DNA of 64,000 nucleotides, taken from assembly GCF_009914755.1 (NCBI RefSeq), contig NC_060938.1. One strand, given 5' to 3'. The DNA is from the human T2T-CHM13v2.0 reference genome, Homo sapiens. The notes under the pieces are model-generated. The model was not told where the DNA came from. It did no database searches and saw only the letters and a program-made list of their open reading frames with translations. Shown in pieces: positions 39,501-53,000 of the stretch; the first letter of the stretch is position 1; each line of letters opens with the position of its first letter. The position numbers and the translations under genes were made by a program.

Positions 39501-41000
39501 AGGAATAGAAAGGGACAGGACAGAAGAACACAGGTCGCTGCATTTAGAAAGGAGGCGGGGTCAGAGGAATAGAAAGGGATAGGGCTGAAGAACAGAGGTC
39601 GCTGCATTTAGAAAGGAGGCGGGGTCAGAGGAATAGAAAGGGACAGGGCTGAAGAACAGAGGTCGCTGCATTTAGAAAGGAGGCGGGGTCAGAGGAATAG
39701 AAAGGGATAGGCCTGAAGAACAGAGGTCGCTGCATTTAGAAAGGAGGCGGGGTCAGAGGAATAGAAAGCGATAGGGATGAAGAACACAGGTCGCTGCATT
39801 TAGAAAGGAGGCGGGGTCAGAGGAATAGAAAGGGATAGGCCTGAAGAACAGAGGTCGCTGCATTTAGAAAGGAGGCGGGGTCAGAGGAATAGAAAGGGAT
39901 AGGTATGAAGAACAGAGGTCGCTGCATTTAGAAAGGAGGCGGGGTCAGAGGAATAGAAAGGGTCAGGCCTGAAGAACAGAGGTCGCTGCATTTAGAAAGG
40001 AGGCGGGGTCAGAGGAATAGAAAGGGACAGGGCTGAAGAACACAGGTCGCTGCATTTAGAAAGGAGGCGGGGTCAGAGGAATAGAAAGGGATAGGGCTGA
40101 AGAACACAGGTCGCTGCATTTAGAAAGGAGGCGGGGTCAGAGGAATAGAAAGGGATAGGGCTGAAGAACACAGGTCGCTGCATTTAGAAAGGAGGCGGGG
40201 TCAGAGGAATAGAAAGGGATAGGGCTGAAGAACACAGGTCGCTGCATTTAGAAAGGAGGCGGGGTTAGAGGAATAGAAAGGGACAGGGCTGAAGAACACA
40301 GGTCGCTGCATTTAGAAAGGAGGCGGGGTCAGAGGAATAGAAAGGGACAGGGCTGAAGAACACAGGTCGCTGCATTTAGAAAGGAGGCGGGGTCAGAGGA
40401 ATAGAAAGGGACAGGGCTGAAGAACACAGGTCGCTGCATTTAGAAAGGAGGCGGGGTCAGAGGAATAGAAAGGGATAGGACTGAAGAACAGAGGTCGCTG
40501 CATTTAGAAAGGAGGCGGGGTCAGAGGAATAGAAAGGGATAGGGATGAAGAACACAGGTCGCTGCATTTAGAAAGGAGGCGGGGTTAGAGGAATAGAAAG
40601 GGATAGGGCTGAAGAACACAGGTCGCTGCATTTAGAAAGGAGGGGGGTCAGAGGAATAGAAAGGGACAGGGCTGAAGAACAGAGGTCGCTGCATTTAGAA
40701 AGGAGGCGGGGTCAGAGGAATAGAAAGGGACAGGGCTGAAGAACAGAGGTCGCTGCATTTAGAAAGGAGGCGGGGTCAGAGGAATAGAAAGGGACAGGAC
40801 AGAAGAACACAGGTCGCTGCATTTTGAAAGGAGGCGGGGTCAGAGGAATAGAAAGGGATAGGGCTGAAGAACAGAGGTCGCTGCATTTAGAAAGGAGGCG
40901 GGGTCAGAGGAATAGAAATGGATAGGGCTGAAGAACACAGGTCGCTGCATTTAGAAAGGAGGCGGGGTCAGAGGAATAGAAAGGGATAGGCCTGAAGAAC
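36600..41000 (+). repeat. Tandem duplication of a roughly 37-monomer block (2367-bp offset); further related copy at about 42400-44600
   Basis: Marker pairs 36697/39064, 36825/39192, 37596/39963, C-deletion at about 38276/40643, 38458/40825 and 38552/40919 are all 2367 bp (37x64-1) apart. A third copy lies 3455 bp further on (42519, 42647, 43418, about 44098). Confidence 0.88.
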
Positions 41001-44000
41001 ACAGGTCGCTGCATTTAGAAAGGAGGCGGGGTCAGAGGAATAGAAAGGGACAGGACAGAAGAACACAGGTCGCTGCATTTTGAAAGGAGGCGGGGTCAGA
41101 GGAATAGAAAGGGATAGGGCTGAAGAACAGAGGTCGCTGCATTTAGAAAGGAGGCGGGGTCAGAGGAATAGAAATGGATAGGGCTGAAGAACACAGGTCG
41201 CTGCATTTAGAAAGGAGGCGGGGTCAGAGGAATAGAAAGGGATAGGCCTGAAGAACACAGGTCGCTGCATTTAGAAAGGAGGCGGGGTCAGAGGAATAGA
41301 AAGGGATAGGGCTGAAGAACAGAGGTCGCTGCATTTAGAAAGGAGGCGGGGTCAGAGGAATAGAAAGGGACAGGGCTGAAGAACACAGGTCGCTGCATTT
41401 AGAAAGGAGGCGGGGTCAGAGGAATAGAAAGGGACAGGGCTGAAGAACAGAGGTCGCTGCATTTAGAAAGGAGGCGGGGTCAGAGGAATAGAAAGGGATA
41501 GGGCTGAAGAACAGAGGTCGCTGCATTTAGAAAGGAGGCGGGGTCAGAGGAATAGAAAGGGACAGGGCTGAAGAACACAGGTCGCTGCATTTAGAAAGGA
41601 GGCGGGGTCAGAGGAATAGAAAGGGATAGGGCTGAAGAACACAGGTCGCTGCATTTAGAAAGGAGGCGGGGTCAGAGGAATAGAAAGGGACAGGGCTGAA
41701 GAACAGAGGTCGCTGCATTTAGAAAGGAGGCGGGGTCAGAGGAATAGAAAGGGATAGGACTGAAGAACACAGGTCGCTGCATTTAGAAAGGAGGCGGGGT
41801 TAGAGGAATAGAAAGGGATAGGGCTGAAGAACACAGGTCGCTGCATTTAGAAAGGAGGCGGGGTCAGAGGAATAGAAAGGGATAGGACTGAAGAACACAG
41901 GTCGCTGCATTTAGAAAGGAGGCGGGGTCAGAGGAATAGAAAGGGATAGGGCTGAAGAACACAGGTCGCTGCATTTAGAAAGGAGGCGGGGTCAGAGGAA
42001 TAGAAAGGGATAGGCCTGAAGAACACAGGTCGCTGCATTTAGAAAGGAGGCGGGGTCAGAGGAATAGAAAGGGATAGGACTGAAGAACACAGGTCGCTGC
42101 ATTTAGAAAGGAGGCGGGGTCAGAGGAATAGAAAGGGACAGGGCTGAAGAACACAGGTCGCTGCATTTAGAAAGGAGTCGGGGTCAGAGGAATAGAAAGG
42201 GATAGGGCTGAAGAACACAGGTCGCTGCATTTAGAAAGGAGGCGGGGTCAGAGGAATAGAAAGGGACAGGGCTGAAGAACACAGGTCGCTGCATTTAGAA
42301 AGGAGGCGGGGTCAGAGGAATAGAAAGGGACAGGGCTGAAGAACACAGGTCGCTGCATTTAGAAAGGAGGCGGGGTCAGAGGAATAGAAAGGGGGAGGGC
42401 TGAAGAACACAGGTCGCTGCATTTAGAAAGGAGGCGGGGTCAGAGGAATAGAAAGGGATAGGGCTGAAGAACACAGGTCGCTGCATTTAGAAAGGAGGCG
42501 GGGTCAGAGGAATAGAAACGGATAGGGCTGAAGAACAGAGGTCGCTGCATTTAGAAAGGAGGCGGGGTCAGAGGAATAGAAAGGGATAGGGCTGAAGAAC
42601 ACAGGTCGCTGCGTTTAGAAAGGAGGCGGGGTCAGAGGAATAGAAACGGATAGGGCTGAAGAACAGAGGTCGCTGCATTTAGAAAGGAGGCGGGGTCAGA
42701 GGAATAGAAAGGGATAGGGCTGAAGAACACAGGTCGCTGCATTTAGAAAGGAGGCGGGGTCAGAGGAATAGAAAGGGACAGGGCTGAAGAACACAGGTCG
42801 CTGCATTTAGAAAGGAGGCGGGGTCAGAGGAATAGAAAGGGACAGGACTGAAGAACACAGGTCGCTGCATTTAGAAAGGAGGCGGGGTCAGAGGAATAGA
42901 AAGGGACAGGGCTGAAGAACAGAGGTCGCTGCATTTAGAAAGGAGGCGGGGTCAGAGGAATAGAAAGGGACAGGACAGAAGAACACAGGTCGCTGCATTT
43001 AGAAAGGAGGCGGGGTCAGAGGAATAGAAAGGGATAGGGCTGAAGAACAGAGGTCGCTGCATTTAGAAAGGAGGCGGGGTCAGAGGAATAGAAAGGGACA
43101 GGGCTGAAGAACAGAGGTCGCTGCATTTAGAAAGGAGGCGGGGTCAGAGGAATAGAAAGGGATAGGCCTGAAGAACAGAGGTCGCTGCATTTAGAAAGGA
43201 GGCGGGGTCAGAGGAATAGAAAGGGATAGGGATGAAGAACACAGGTCGCTGCATTTAGAAAGGAGGCGGGGTCAGAGGAATAGAAAGGGATAGGCCTGAA
43301 GAACAGAGGTCGCTGCATTTAGAAAGGAGGCGGGGTCAGAGGAATAGAAAGGGATAGGGATGAAGAACAGAGGTCGCTGCATTTAGAAAGGAGGCGGGGT
43401 CAGAGGAATAGAAAGGGTCAGGCCTGAAGAACAGAGGTCGCTGCATTTAGAAAGGAGGCGGGGTCAGAGGAATAGAAAGGGACAGGGCTGAAGAACACAG
43501 GTCGCTGCATTTAGAAAGGAGGCGGGGTCAGAGGAATAGAAAGGGATAGGGCTGAAGAACACAGGTCGCTGCATTTAGAAAGGAGGCGGGGTCAGAGGAA
43601 TAGAAAGGGATAAGGCTGAAGAACACAGGTCGCTGCATTTAGAAAGGAGGCGGGGTCAGAGGAATAGAAAGGGATAGGGCTGAAGAACACAGGTCGCTGC
43701 ATTTAGAAAGGAGGCGGGGTTAGAGGAATAGAAAGGGACAGGGCTGAAGAACACAGGTCGCTGCATTTAGAAAGGAGGCGGGGTCAGAGGAATAGAAAGG
43801 GACAGGGCTGAAGAACACAGGTCGCTGCATTTAGAAAGGAGGCGGGGTCAGAGGAATAGAAAGGGACAGGGCTGAAGAACACAGGTCGCTGCATTTAGAA
43901 AGGAGGCGGGGTCAGAGGAATAGAAAGGGATAGGACTGAAGAACAGAGGTCGCTGCATTTAGAAAGGAGGCGGGGTCAGAGGAATAGAAAGGGATAGGGA

Positions 44001-47000
44001 TGAAGAACACAGGTCGCTGCATTTAGAAAGGAGGCGGGGTTAGAGGAATAGAAAGGGATAGGCCTGAAGAACACAGGTCGCTGCATTTAGAAAGGAGGGG
44101 GGTCAGAGGAATAGAAAGGGACAGGGCTGAAGAACAGAGGTCGCTGCATTTAGAAAGGAGGCGGGGTCAGAGGAATAGAAAGGGACAGGGCTGAAGAACA
44201 GAGGTCGCTGCATTTAGAAAGGAGGCGGGGTCAGAGGAATAGAAAGGGACAGGGCTGAAGAACAGAGGTCGCTGCATTTAGAAAGGAGGCGGGGTCAGAG
44301 GAATAGAAAGGGACAGGACAGAAGAACACAGGTCGCTGCATTTTGAAAGGAGGCGGGGTCAGAGGAATAGAAATGGACAGGGCTGAAGAACAGAGGTCGC
44401 TGCATTTAGAAAGGAGGCGGGGTCAGAGGAATAGAAAGGGATAGGGCTGAAGAACACAGGTCGCTGCATTTAGAAAGGAGGCGGGGTCAGAGGAATAGAA
44501 AGGGATAGGCCTGAAGAACACAGGTCGCTGCATTTAGAAAGGAGGCGGGGTCAGAGGAATAGAAAGGGATAGGGCTGAAGAACAGAGGTCGCTGCATTTA
44601 GAAAGGAGGCGGGGTCAGAGGAATAGAAAGGGACAGGGCTGAAGAACACAGGTCGCTGCATTTAGAAAGGAGGCGGGGTCAGAGGAATAGAAAGGGATAG
44701 GGCTGAAGAACACAGGTCGCTGCATTTAGAAAGGAGGCGGGGTCAGAGGAATAGAAAGGGATAGGCCTGAAGAACACAGGTCGCTGCATTTAGAAAGGAG
44801 GCGGGGTCAGAGGAATAGAAAGGGATAGGGCTGAAGAACAGAGGTCGCTGCATTTAGAAAGGAGGCGGGGTCAGAGGAATAGAAAGGGACAGGGCTGAAG
44901 AACACAGGTCGCTGCATTTAGAAAGGAGGCGGGGTCAGAGGAATAGAAAGGGATAGGGCTGAAGAACACAGGTCGCTGCATTTAGAAAGGAGGCGGGGTC
45001 AGAGGAATAGAAAGGGATAGGGCTGAAGAACAGAGGTCGCTGCATTTAGAAAGGAGGCGGGGTCAGAGGAATAGAAAGGGATAGGCCTGAAGAACACAGG
45101 TCGCTGCATTTAGAAAGGAGGCGGGGTCAGAGGAATAGAAAGGGATAGGGCTGAAGAACAGAGGTCGCTGCATTTAGAAAGGAGGCGGGGTCAGAGGAAT
45201 AGAAAGGGACAGGGCTGAAGAACACAGGTCGCTGCATTTAGAAAGGAGGCGGGGTCAGAGGAATAGAAAGGGATAGGGCTGAAGAACACAGGTCGCTGCA
45301 TTTAGAAAGGAGGCGGGGTCAGAGGAATAGAAAGGGACAGGGCTGAAGAACAGAGGTCGCTGCATTTAGAAAGGAGGCGGGGTCAGAGGAATAGAAAGGG
45401 ACAGGGCTGAAGAACACAGGTCGCTGCATTTAGAAAGGAGGCGGGGTCAGAGGAATAGAAAGGGATAGGACTGAAGAACAGAGGTCGCTGCATTTAGAAA
45501 GGAGGCGGGGTCAGAGGAATAGAAAGGGATAGGGCTGAAGAACAGAGGTCGCTGCATTTAGAAAGGAGGCGGGGTCAGAGGAATAGAAAGGGATAGGGCT
45601 GAAGAACACAGGTCGCTGCATTTAGAAAGGAGGCGGGGTCAGAGGAATAGAAAGGGATAGGGCTGAAGAACACAGGTCGCAGCATTTAGAAAGGAGGCGG
45701 GGTCAGAGGAATAGAAAGGGACAGGGCTGAAGAACAGAGGTCGCTGCATTTAGAAAGGAGGCGGGGTCAGAGGAATAGAAAGGGATAGGGCTGAAGAACA
45801 CAGGTCGCAGCATTTAGAAAGGAGGCGGGGTCAGAGGAATAGAAAGGGACAGGGCTGAAGAACACAGGTCGCTGCATTTAGAAAGGAGGCGGGGTCAGAG
45901 GAATAGAAAGGGACAGGGCTGAAGAACACAGGTCGCTGCATTTAGAAAGGAGGCGGGGTCAGAGGAATAGAAAGGGATAGGCCTGAAGAACAGAGGTCGC
46001 TGCATTTAGAAAGGAGGCGGGGTCAGAAGAATAGAAAGGGATAGGGATGAAGAACACAGGTCGCTGCATTTAGAAAGGAGGCGGGGTCAGAGGAATAGAA
46101 AGGGATAGGCCTGAAGAACAGAGGTCGCTGCATTTAGAAAGGAGGCGGGGTCAGAGGAATAGAAAGGGATAGGGATGAAGAACAGAGGTCGCTGCATTTA
46201 GAAAGGAGGCGGGGTCAGAGGAATAGAAAGGGTCAGGTCTGAAGAACAGAGGTCGCTGCATTTAGAAAGGAGGCGGGGTCAGAGGAATAGAAAGGGACAG
46301 GGCTGAAGAACACAGGTCGCTGCATTTAGAAAGGAGGCGGGGTCAGAGGAATAGAAAGGGATAGGGCTGAAGAACACAGGTCGCTGCATTTAGAAAGGAG
46401 GCGGGGTCAGAGGAATAGAAAGGGATAGGGCTGAAGAACACAGGTCGCTGCATTTAGAAAGGAGGCGGGGTCAGAGGAATAGAAAGGGATAGGGCTGAAG
46501 AACACAGGTCGCTGCATTTAGAAATGAGGCGGGGTTAGAGGAATAGAAAGGGACAGGGCTGAAGAACACAGGTCGCTGCATTTAGAAAGGAGGCGGGGTC
46601 AGAGGAATAGAAAGGGACAGGGCTGAAGAACAGAGGTCGCTGCATTTAGAAAGGAGGCGGGGTCAGAGGAATAGAAAGGGATAGGACTGAAGAACACAGG
46701 TCGCTGCATTTAGAAAGGAGGCGGGGTTAGAGGAATAGAAAGTGATAGGGCTGAAGAACACAGGTCGCTGCATTTAGAAAGGAGGCGGGGTCAGAGGAAT
46801 AGAAAGGGATAGGACTGAAGAACACAGGTCGCTGCATTTAGAAAGGAGGCGGGGTCAGAGGAATAGAAAGGGATAGGGCTGAAGAACACAGGTCGCTGCA
46901 TTTAGAAAGGAGGCGGGGTCAGAGGAATAGAAAGGGATAGGCCTGAAGAACACAGGTCGCTGCATTTAGAAAGGAGGCGGGGTCAGAGGAATAGAAAGGG

Positions 47001-50000
47001 ATAGGGCTGAAGAACAGAGGTCGCTGCATTTAGAAAGGAGGCGGGGTCAGAGGAATAGAAAGGGACAGGGCTGAAGAACACAGGTCGCTGCATTTAGAAA
47101 GGAGTCGGGGTCAGAGGAATAGAAAGGGATAGGGCTGAAGAACACAGGTCGCTGCATTTAGAAAGGAGGCGGGGTCAGAGGAATAGAAAGGGACAGGGCT
47201 GAAGAACACAGGTCGCTGCATTTAGAAAGGAGGCGGGGTCAGAGGAATAGAAAGGGACAGGGCTGAAGAACAGAGGTCGCTGCATTTAGAAAGGAGGCGG
47301 GGTCAGAGGAATAGAAAGGGATAGGACTGAAGAACACAGGTCGCTGCATTTAGAAAGGAGGCGGGGTCAGAGGAATAGAAAGGGATAGGGCTGAAGAACA
47401 CAGGTCGCTGCATTTAGAAAGGAGGCGGGGTCAGAGGAATAGAAAGGGATAGGCCTGAAGAACACAGGTCGCTGCATTTAGAAAGGAGGCGGGGTCAGAG
47501 GAATAGAAAGGGATAGGGCTGAAGAACAGAGGTCGCTGCATTTAGAAAGGAGGCGGGGTCAGAGGAATAGAAAGGGACAGGGCTGAAGAACACAGGTCGC
47601 TGCATTTAGAAAGGAGTCGGGGTCAGAGGAATAGAAAGGGATAGGGCTGAAGAACACAGGTCGCTGCATTTAGAAAGGAGGCGGGGTCAGAGGAATAGAA
47701 AGGGACAGGGCTGAAGAACACAGGTCGCTGCATTTAGAAAGGAGGCGGGGTCAGAGGAATAGAAAGGGACAGGGCTGAAGAACACAGGTCGCTGCATTTA
47801 GAAAGGAGGCGGGGTCAGAGGAATAGAAAGGGATAGGGCTGAAGAACACAGGTCGCTGCATTTAGAAAGGAGGCGGGGTCAGAGGAATAGAAAGGGATAG
47901 GGCTGAAGAACACAGGTCGCTGCATTTAGAAAGGAGGCGGGGTCAGAGGAATAGAAAGGGATAGGGCTGAAGAACACAGGTCGCTGCATTTATAAAGGAG
48001 GCGGGGTTAGAGGAATAGAAAGGGACAGGGCTGAAGAACACAGGTCGCTGCATTTAGAAAAGAGGCGGGGTCAGAGGAATAGAAAGGGACAGGGCTGAAG
48101 AACACAGGTCGCTGCATTTAGAAAGGAGGCGGGGTCAGAGGAATAGAAAGGGACAGGGCTGAAGAACACAGGTCGCTGCATTTAGAAAGGAGGCGGGGTC
48201 AGAGGAATAGAAAGGGACAGGACTGAAGAACACAGGTCGCTGCATTTAGAAAGGAGGCGGGGTCAGAGGAATAGAAAGGGACAGGGCTGAAGAACACAGG
48301 TCGCTGCATTTAGAAAGGAGGCGGGGTCAGAGGAATAGAAAGGGACAGGGCTGAAGAACACAGGTCGCTGCATTTAGAAAGGAGGCGGGGTCAGAGGAAT
48401 AGAAAGGGACAGGGCTGAAGAACACAGGTCACTGCATTTAGAAAGGAGGCGGGGTCAGAGGAATAGAAAGGGACAGGGCTGAAGAACACACGTCGCTGCA
48501 TTTAGAAAGGAGGCGGGGTCAGAGGAATAGAAAGGGACAGGGCTGAAGAACACAGGTCGCTGCATTTAGAAAGGAGGCGGGGTCAGAGGAATAGAAAGGG
48601 ATAGGACTGAAGAACACAGGTCGCTGCATTTAGAAAGGAGGCGGGGTCAGAGGAATAGAAAGGGATAGGCCTGAAGAACACAGGTCGCTGCATTTAGAAA
48701 GGAGGCGGGGTCAGAGGAATAGAAAGGGACAGGGCTGAAGAACAGAGGTCGCTGCATTTAGAAAGGAGGCGGGGTCAGAGGAATAGAAAGGGACAGGGCT
48801 GAAGAACAGAGGTCGCTGCATTTAGAAAGGAGGCGGGGTCAGAGGAATAGAAAGGGACAGGACAGAAGAACACAGGTCGCTGCATTTAGAAAGGAGGCGG
48901 GGTCAGAGGAATAGAAAGGGACAGGACAGAAGAACACAGGTCGCTGCATTTAGAAAGGAGGCGGGGTCAGAGGAATAGAAAGGGATAGGGCTAAAGAACA
49001 GAGGTCGCTGCATTTAGAAAGGAGGCGGGGTCAGAGGAATAGAAAGGGATAGGGCTGAAGAACACAGGTCGCTGCATTTAGAAAGGAGGCGGGGTCAGAG
49101 GAATAGAAAGGGATAGGGCTGAAGAACACAGGTCGCTGCATTTAGAAAGGAGGCGGGGTCAGAGGAATAGAAACGGATAGGGCTGAAGAACAGAGGTCGC
49201 TGCATTTAGAAAGGAGGCGGGGTCAGAGGAATAGAAAGGGATAGGGATGAAGAACACAGGTCGCTGCATTTAGAAAGGAGGCGGGGTCAGAGGAATAGAA
49301 AGGGATAGGGCTGAAGAACAGAGGTCGCTGCATTTAGAAAGGAGGCGGGGTCAGAGGAATAGAAAGGGACAGGGCTGAAGAACACAGGTCGCTGCATTTA
49401 GAAAGGAGGCGGGGTCAGAGGAATAGAAAGGGACAGGGCTGAAGAACACAGGTCGCTGCATTTAGAAAGGAGGCGGGGTCAGAGGAATAGAAAGGGATAG
49501 GGCTGAAGAACACAGGTCGCTGCATTTAGAAAGGAGGCGGGGTCAGAGGAATAGAAACGGACAGGGCTGAAGAACAGAGGTCGCTGCATTTAGAAAGGAG
49601 GCGGGGTCAGAGGAATAGAAAGGGATAGGGCTGAAGAACACAGGTCGCTGCATTTAGAAAGGAGGCGGGGTCAGAGGAATAGAAAGGGATAGGGCTGAAG
49701 AACACAGGTCGCTGCATTTAGAAAGGAGGCGGGGTCAGAGGAATAGAAAGGGACAGGGCTGAAGAACACAGGTCGCTGCATTTAGAAAGGAGGCGGGGTC
49801 AGAGGAATAGAAAGGGACAGGACTGAAGAACACAGGTCGCTGCATGTAGAAAGGAGGCGGGGTCAGAGGAATAGAAAGGGACAGGGCTGAAGAACACAGG
49901 TCGCTGCATTTAGAAAGGAGGCGGGGTCAGAGGAATAGAAAGGGATAGGGATGAAGAACACAGGTCGCTGCATTTAGAAAGGAGGCGGGGTCAGAGGAAT

Positions 50001-53000
50001 AGAAAGGGACAGGGCTGAAGAACACAGGTCGCTGCATTTAGAAAGGAGGCGGGGTCAGAGGAATAGAAAGGGACAGGGATGAAGAACACAGGTCGCTGCA
50101 TTTAGAAAGGAGGCGGGGTCAGAGGAATAGAAAGGGACAGGGCTGAAGAACACAGGTCTCTGCATTTAGAAAGGAGGCGGGGTCAGAGGAATAGAAAGGG
50201 ACAGGGCTGAAGAACACAGGTCGCTGCATTTAGAAAGGAGGCGGGGTCAGAGGAATAGAAAGGGATAGGGCTGAAGAACACAGGTCGCTGCATTTAGAAA
50301 GGAGGCGGGGTCAGAGGAATAGAAAGGGATAGGCCAGAAGAACACAGGTCGCTGCATTTAGAAAGGAGGCGGGGTCAGAGGAATAGAAAGGGATAGGGCT
50401 GAAGAACAGAGGTCGCTGCATTTAGAAAGGAGGCGGGGTCAGAGGAATAGAAAGGGACAGGGCTGAAGAACACAGGTCGCTGCATTTAGAAAGGAGTCGG
50501 GGTCAGAGGAATAGAAAGGGATAGGGCTGAAGAACACAGGTCGCTGCATTTAGAAAGGAGGCGGGGTCAGAGGAATAGAAAGGGACAGGGCTGAAGAACA
50601 GAGGTCGCTGCATTTAGAAAGGAGGCGGGGTCAGAGGAATAGAAAGGGATAGGACTGAAGAACAGAGGTCGCTGCATTTAGAAAGGAGGCGGGGTCAGAG
50701 GAATAGAAAGGGATAGGGCTGAAGAACAGAGGTCGCTGCATTTAGAAAGGAGGCGGGGTCAGAGGAATAGAAAGGCATAGGCCTGAAGAACAGAGGTCGC
50801 TGCATTTAGAAAGGAGGCGGGGTCAGAGGAATAGAAAGGGATAGGGCTGAAGAACACAGGTCGCAGCATTTAGAAAGGAGGCGGGGTCAGAGGAATAGAA
50901 AGGGACAGGGTTGAAGAACACAGGTCGCTGCATTTAGAAAGGAGGCGGGGTCAGAGGAATAGAAAGGGACAGGGCTGAAGAACACAGGTCGCTGCATTTA
51001 GAAAGGAGGCGGGGTCAGAGGAATAGAAAGGGATAGGCCTGAAGAACACAGGTCGCTGCATTTAGAAAGGAGGCGGGGTTCAGAGGAATAGAAAGGGACA
51101 GGGCTGAAGAACAGAGGTCGCTGCATTTAGAAAGGAGGCGGGGTCAGAGGAATAGAAAGGGATAGGGCTGAAGAACACAGGTCGCTGCATTTAGAAAGGA
51201 GGCGGGGTCAGAGGAATAGAAAGGGATAGGCCTGAAGAACACAGGTCGCTGCATTTAGAAAGGAGGGGGGTCAGAGGAATAGAAAGGGACAGGGCTGAAG
51301 AACAGAGGTCGCTGCATTTAGAAAGGAGGCGGGGTCAGAGGAATAGAAAGGGACAGGGCTGAAGAACAGAGGTCGCTGCATTTAGAAAGGAGGCGGGGTC
51401 AGAGGAATAGAAAGGGACAGGACAGAAGAACACAGGTCGCTGCATTTAGAAAGGAGGCGGGGTCAGAGGAATAGAAAGGGATAGGGCTGAAGAACAGAGG
51501 TCGCTGCATTTAGAAAGGAGGCGGGGTCAGAGGAATAGAAAGGGACAGGGCTGAAGAACAGAGGTCGCTGCATTTAGAAAGGAGGCGGGGTCAGAGGAAT
51601 AGAAAGGGATAGGCCTGAAGAACAGAGGTCGCTGCATTTAGAAAGGAGGCGGGGTCAGAGGAATAGAAAGGGATAGGGATGAAGAACAGAGGTCGCTGCA
51701 TTTAGAAAGGAGGCGGGGTCAGAGGAATAGAAAGGGTCAGGCCTGAAGAACAGAGGTCGCTGCATTTAGAAAGGAGGCGGGGTCAGAGGAATAGAAAGGG
51801 ACAGGGCTGAAGAACACAGGTCGCTGCATTTAGAAAGGAGGCGGGGTCAGAGGAATAGAAAGGGATAGGGCTGAAGAACACAGGTCGCTGCATTTAGAAA
51901 GGAGGCGGGGTCAGAGGAATAGAAAGGGATAGGGCTGAAGAACACAGGTCGCTGCATTTAGAAAGGAGGCGGGGTCAGAGGAATAGAAAGGGATAGGGCT
52001 GAAGAACACAGGTCGCTGCATTTAGAAAGGAGGCGGGGTCAGAGGAATAGAAAGGGACAGGGCTGAAGAACACAGGTCGCTGCATTTAGAAAGGAGGCGG
52101 GGTCAGAGGAATAGAAAGGGACAGGGCTGAAGAACACAGGTCGCTGCATTTAGAAAGGAGGCGGGGTCAGAGGAATAGAAAGGGACAGGGCTGAAGAACA
52201 CAGGTCGCTGCATTTAGAAAGGAGGCGGGGTCAGAGGAATAGAAAGGGATAGGACTGAAGAACAGAGGTCGCTGCATTTAGAAAGGAGGCGGGGTCAGAG
52301 GAATAGAAAGGGATAGGGATGAAGAACACAGGTCGCTGCATTTAGAAAGGAGGCGGGGTTAGAGGAATAGAAAGGGATAGGCCTGAAGAACACAGGTCGC
52401 TGCATTTAGAAAGGAGGGGGGTCAGAGGAATAGAAAGGGATAGGGCTGAAGAACAGAGGTCGCTGCATTTAGAAAGGAGGCGGGGTCAGAGGAATAGAAA
52501 GGGACAGGGCTGAAGAACACAGGTCGCTGCATTTAGAAAGGAGGCGGGGTCAGAGGAATAGAAAGGGATAGGGCTGAAGAACACAGGTCGCTGCATTTAG
52601 AAAGGAGGCGGGGTCAGAGGAATAGAAAGGGATAGGGCTGAAGAACAGAGGTCGCTGCATTTAGAAAGGAGGCGGGGTCAGAGGAATAGAAAGGGATAGG
52701 CCTGAAGAACACAGGTCGCTGCATTTAGAAAGGAGGCGGGGTCAGAGGAATAGAAAGGGATAGGGCTGAAGAACAGAGGTCGCTGCATTTAGAAAGGAGG
52801 CGGGGTCAGAGGAATAGAAAGGGACAGGGCTGAAGAACACAGGTCGCTGCATTTAGAAAGGAGGCGGGGTCAGAGGAATAGAAAGGGATAGGGCTGAAGA
52901 ACACAGGTCGCTGCATTTAGAAAGGAGGCGGGGTCAGAGGAATAGAAAGGGACAGGGCTGAAGAACACAGGTCGCTGCATTTAGAAAGGAGGCGGGGTCA

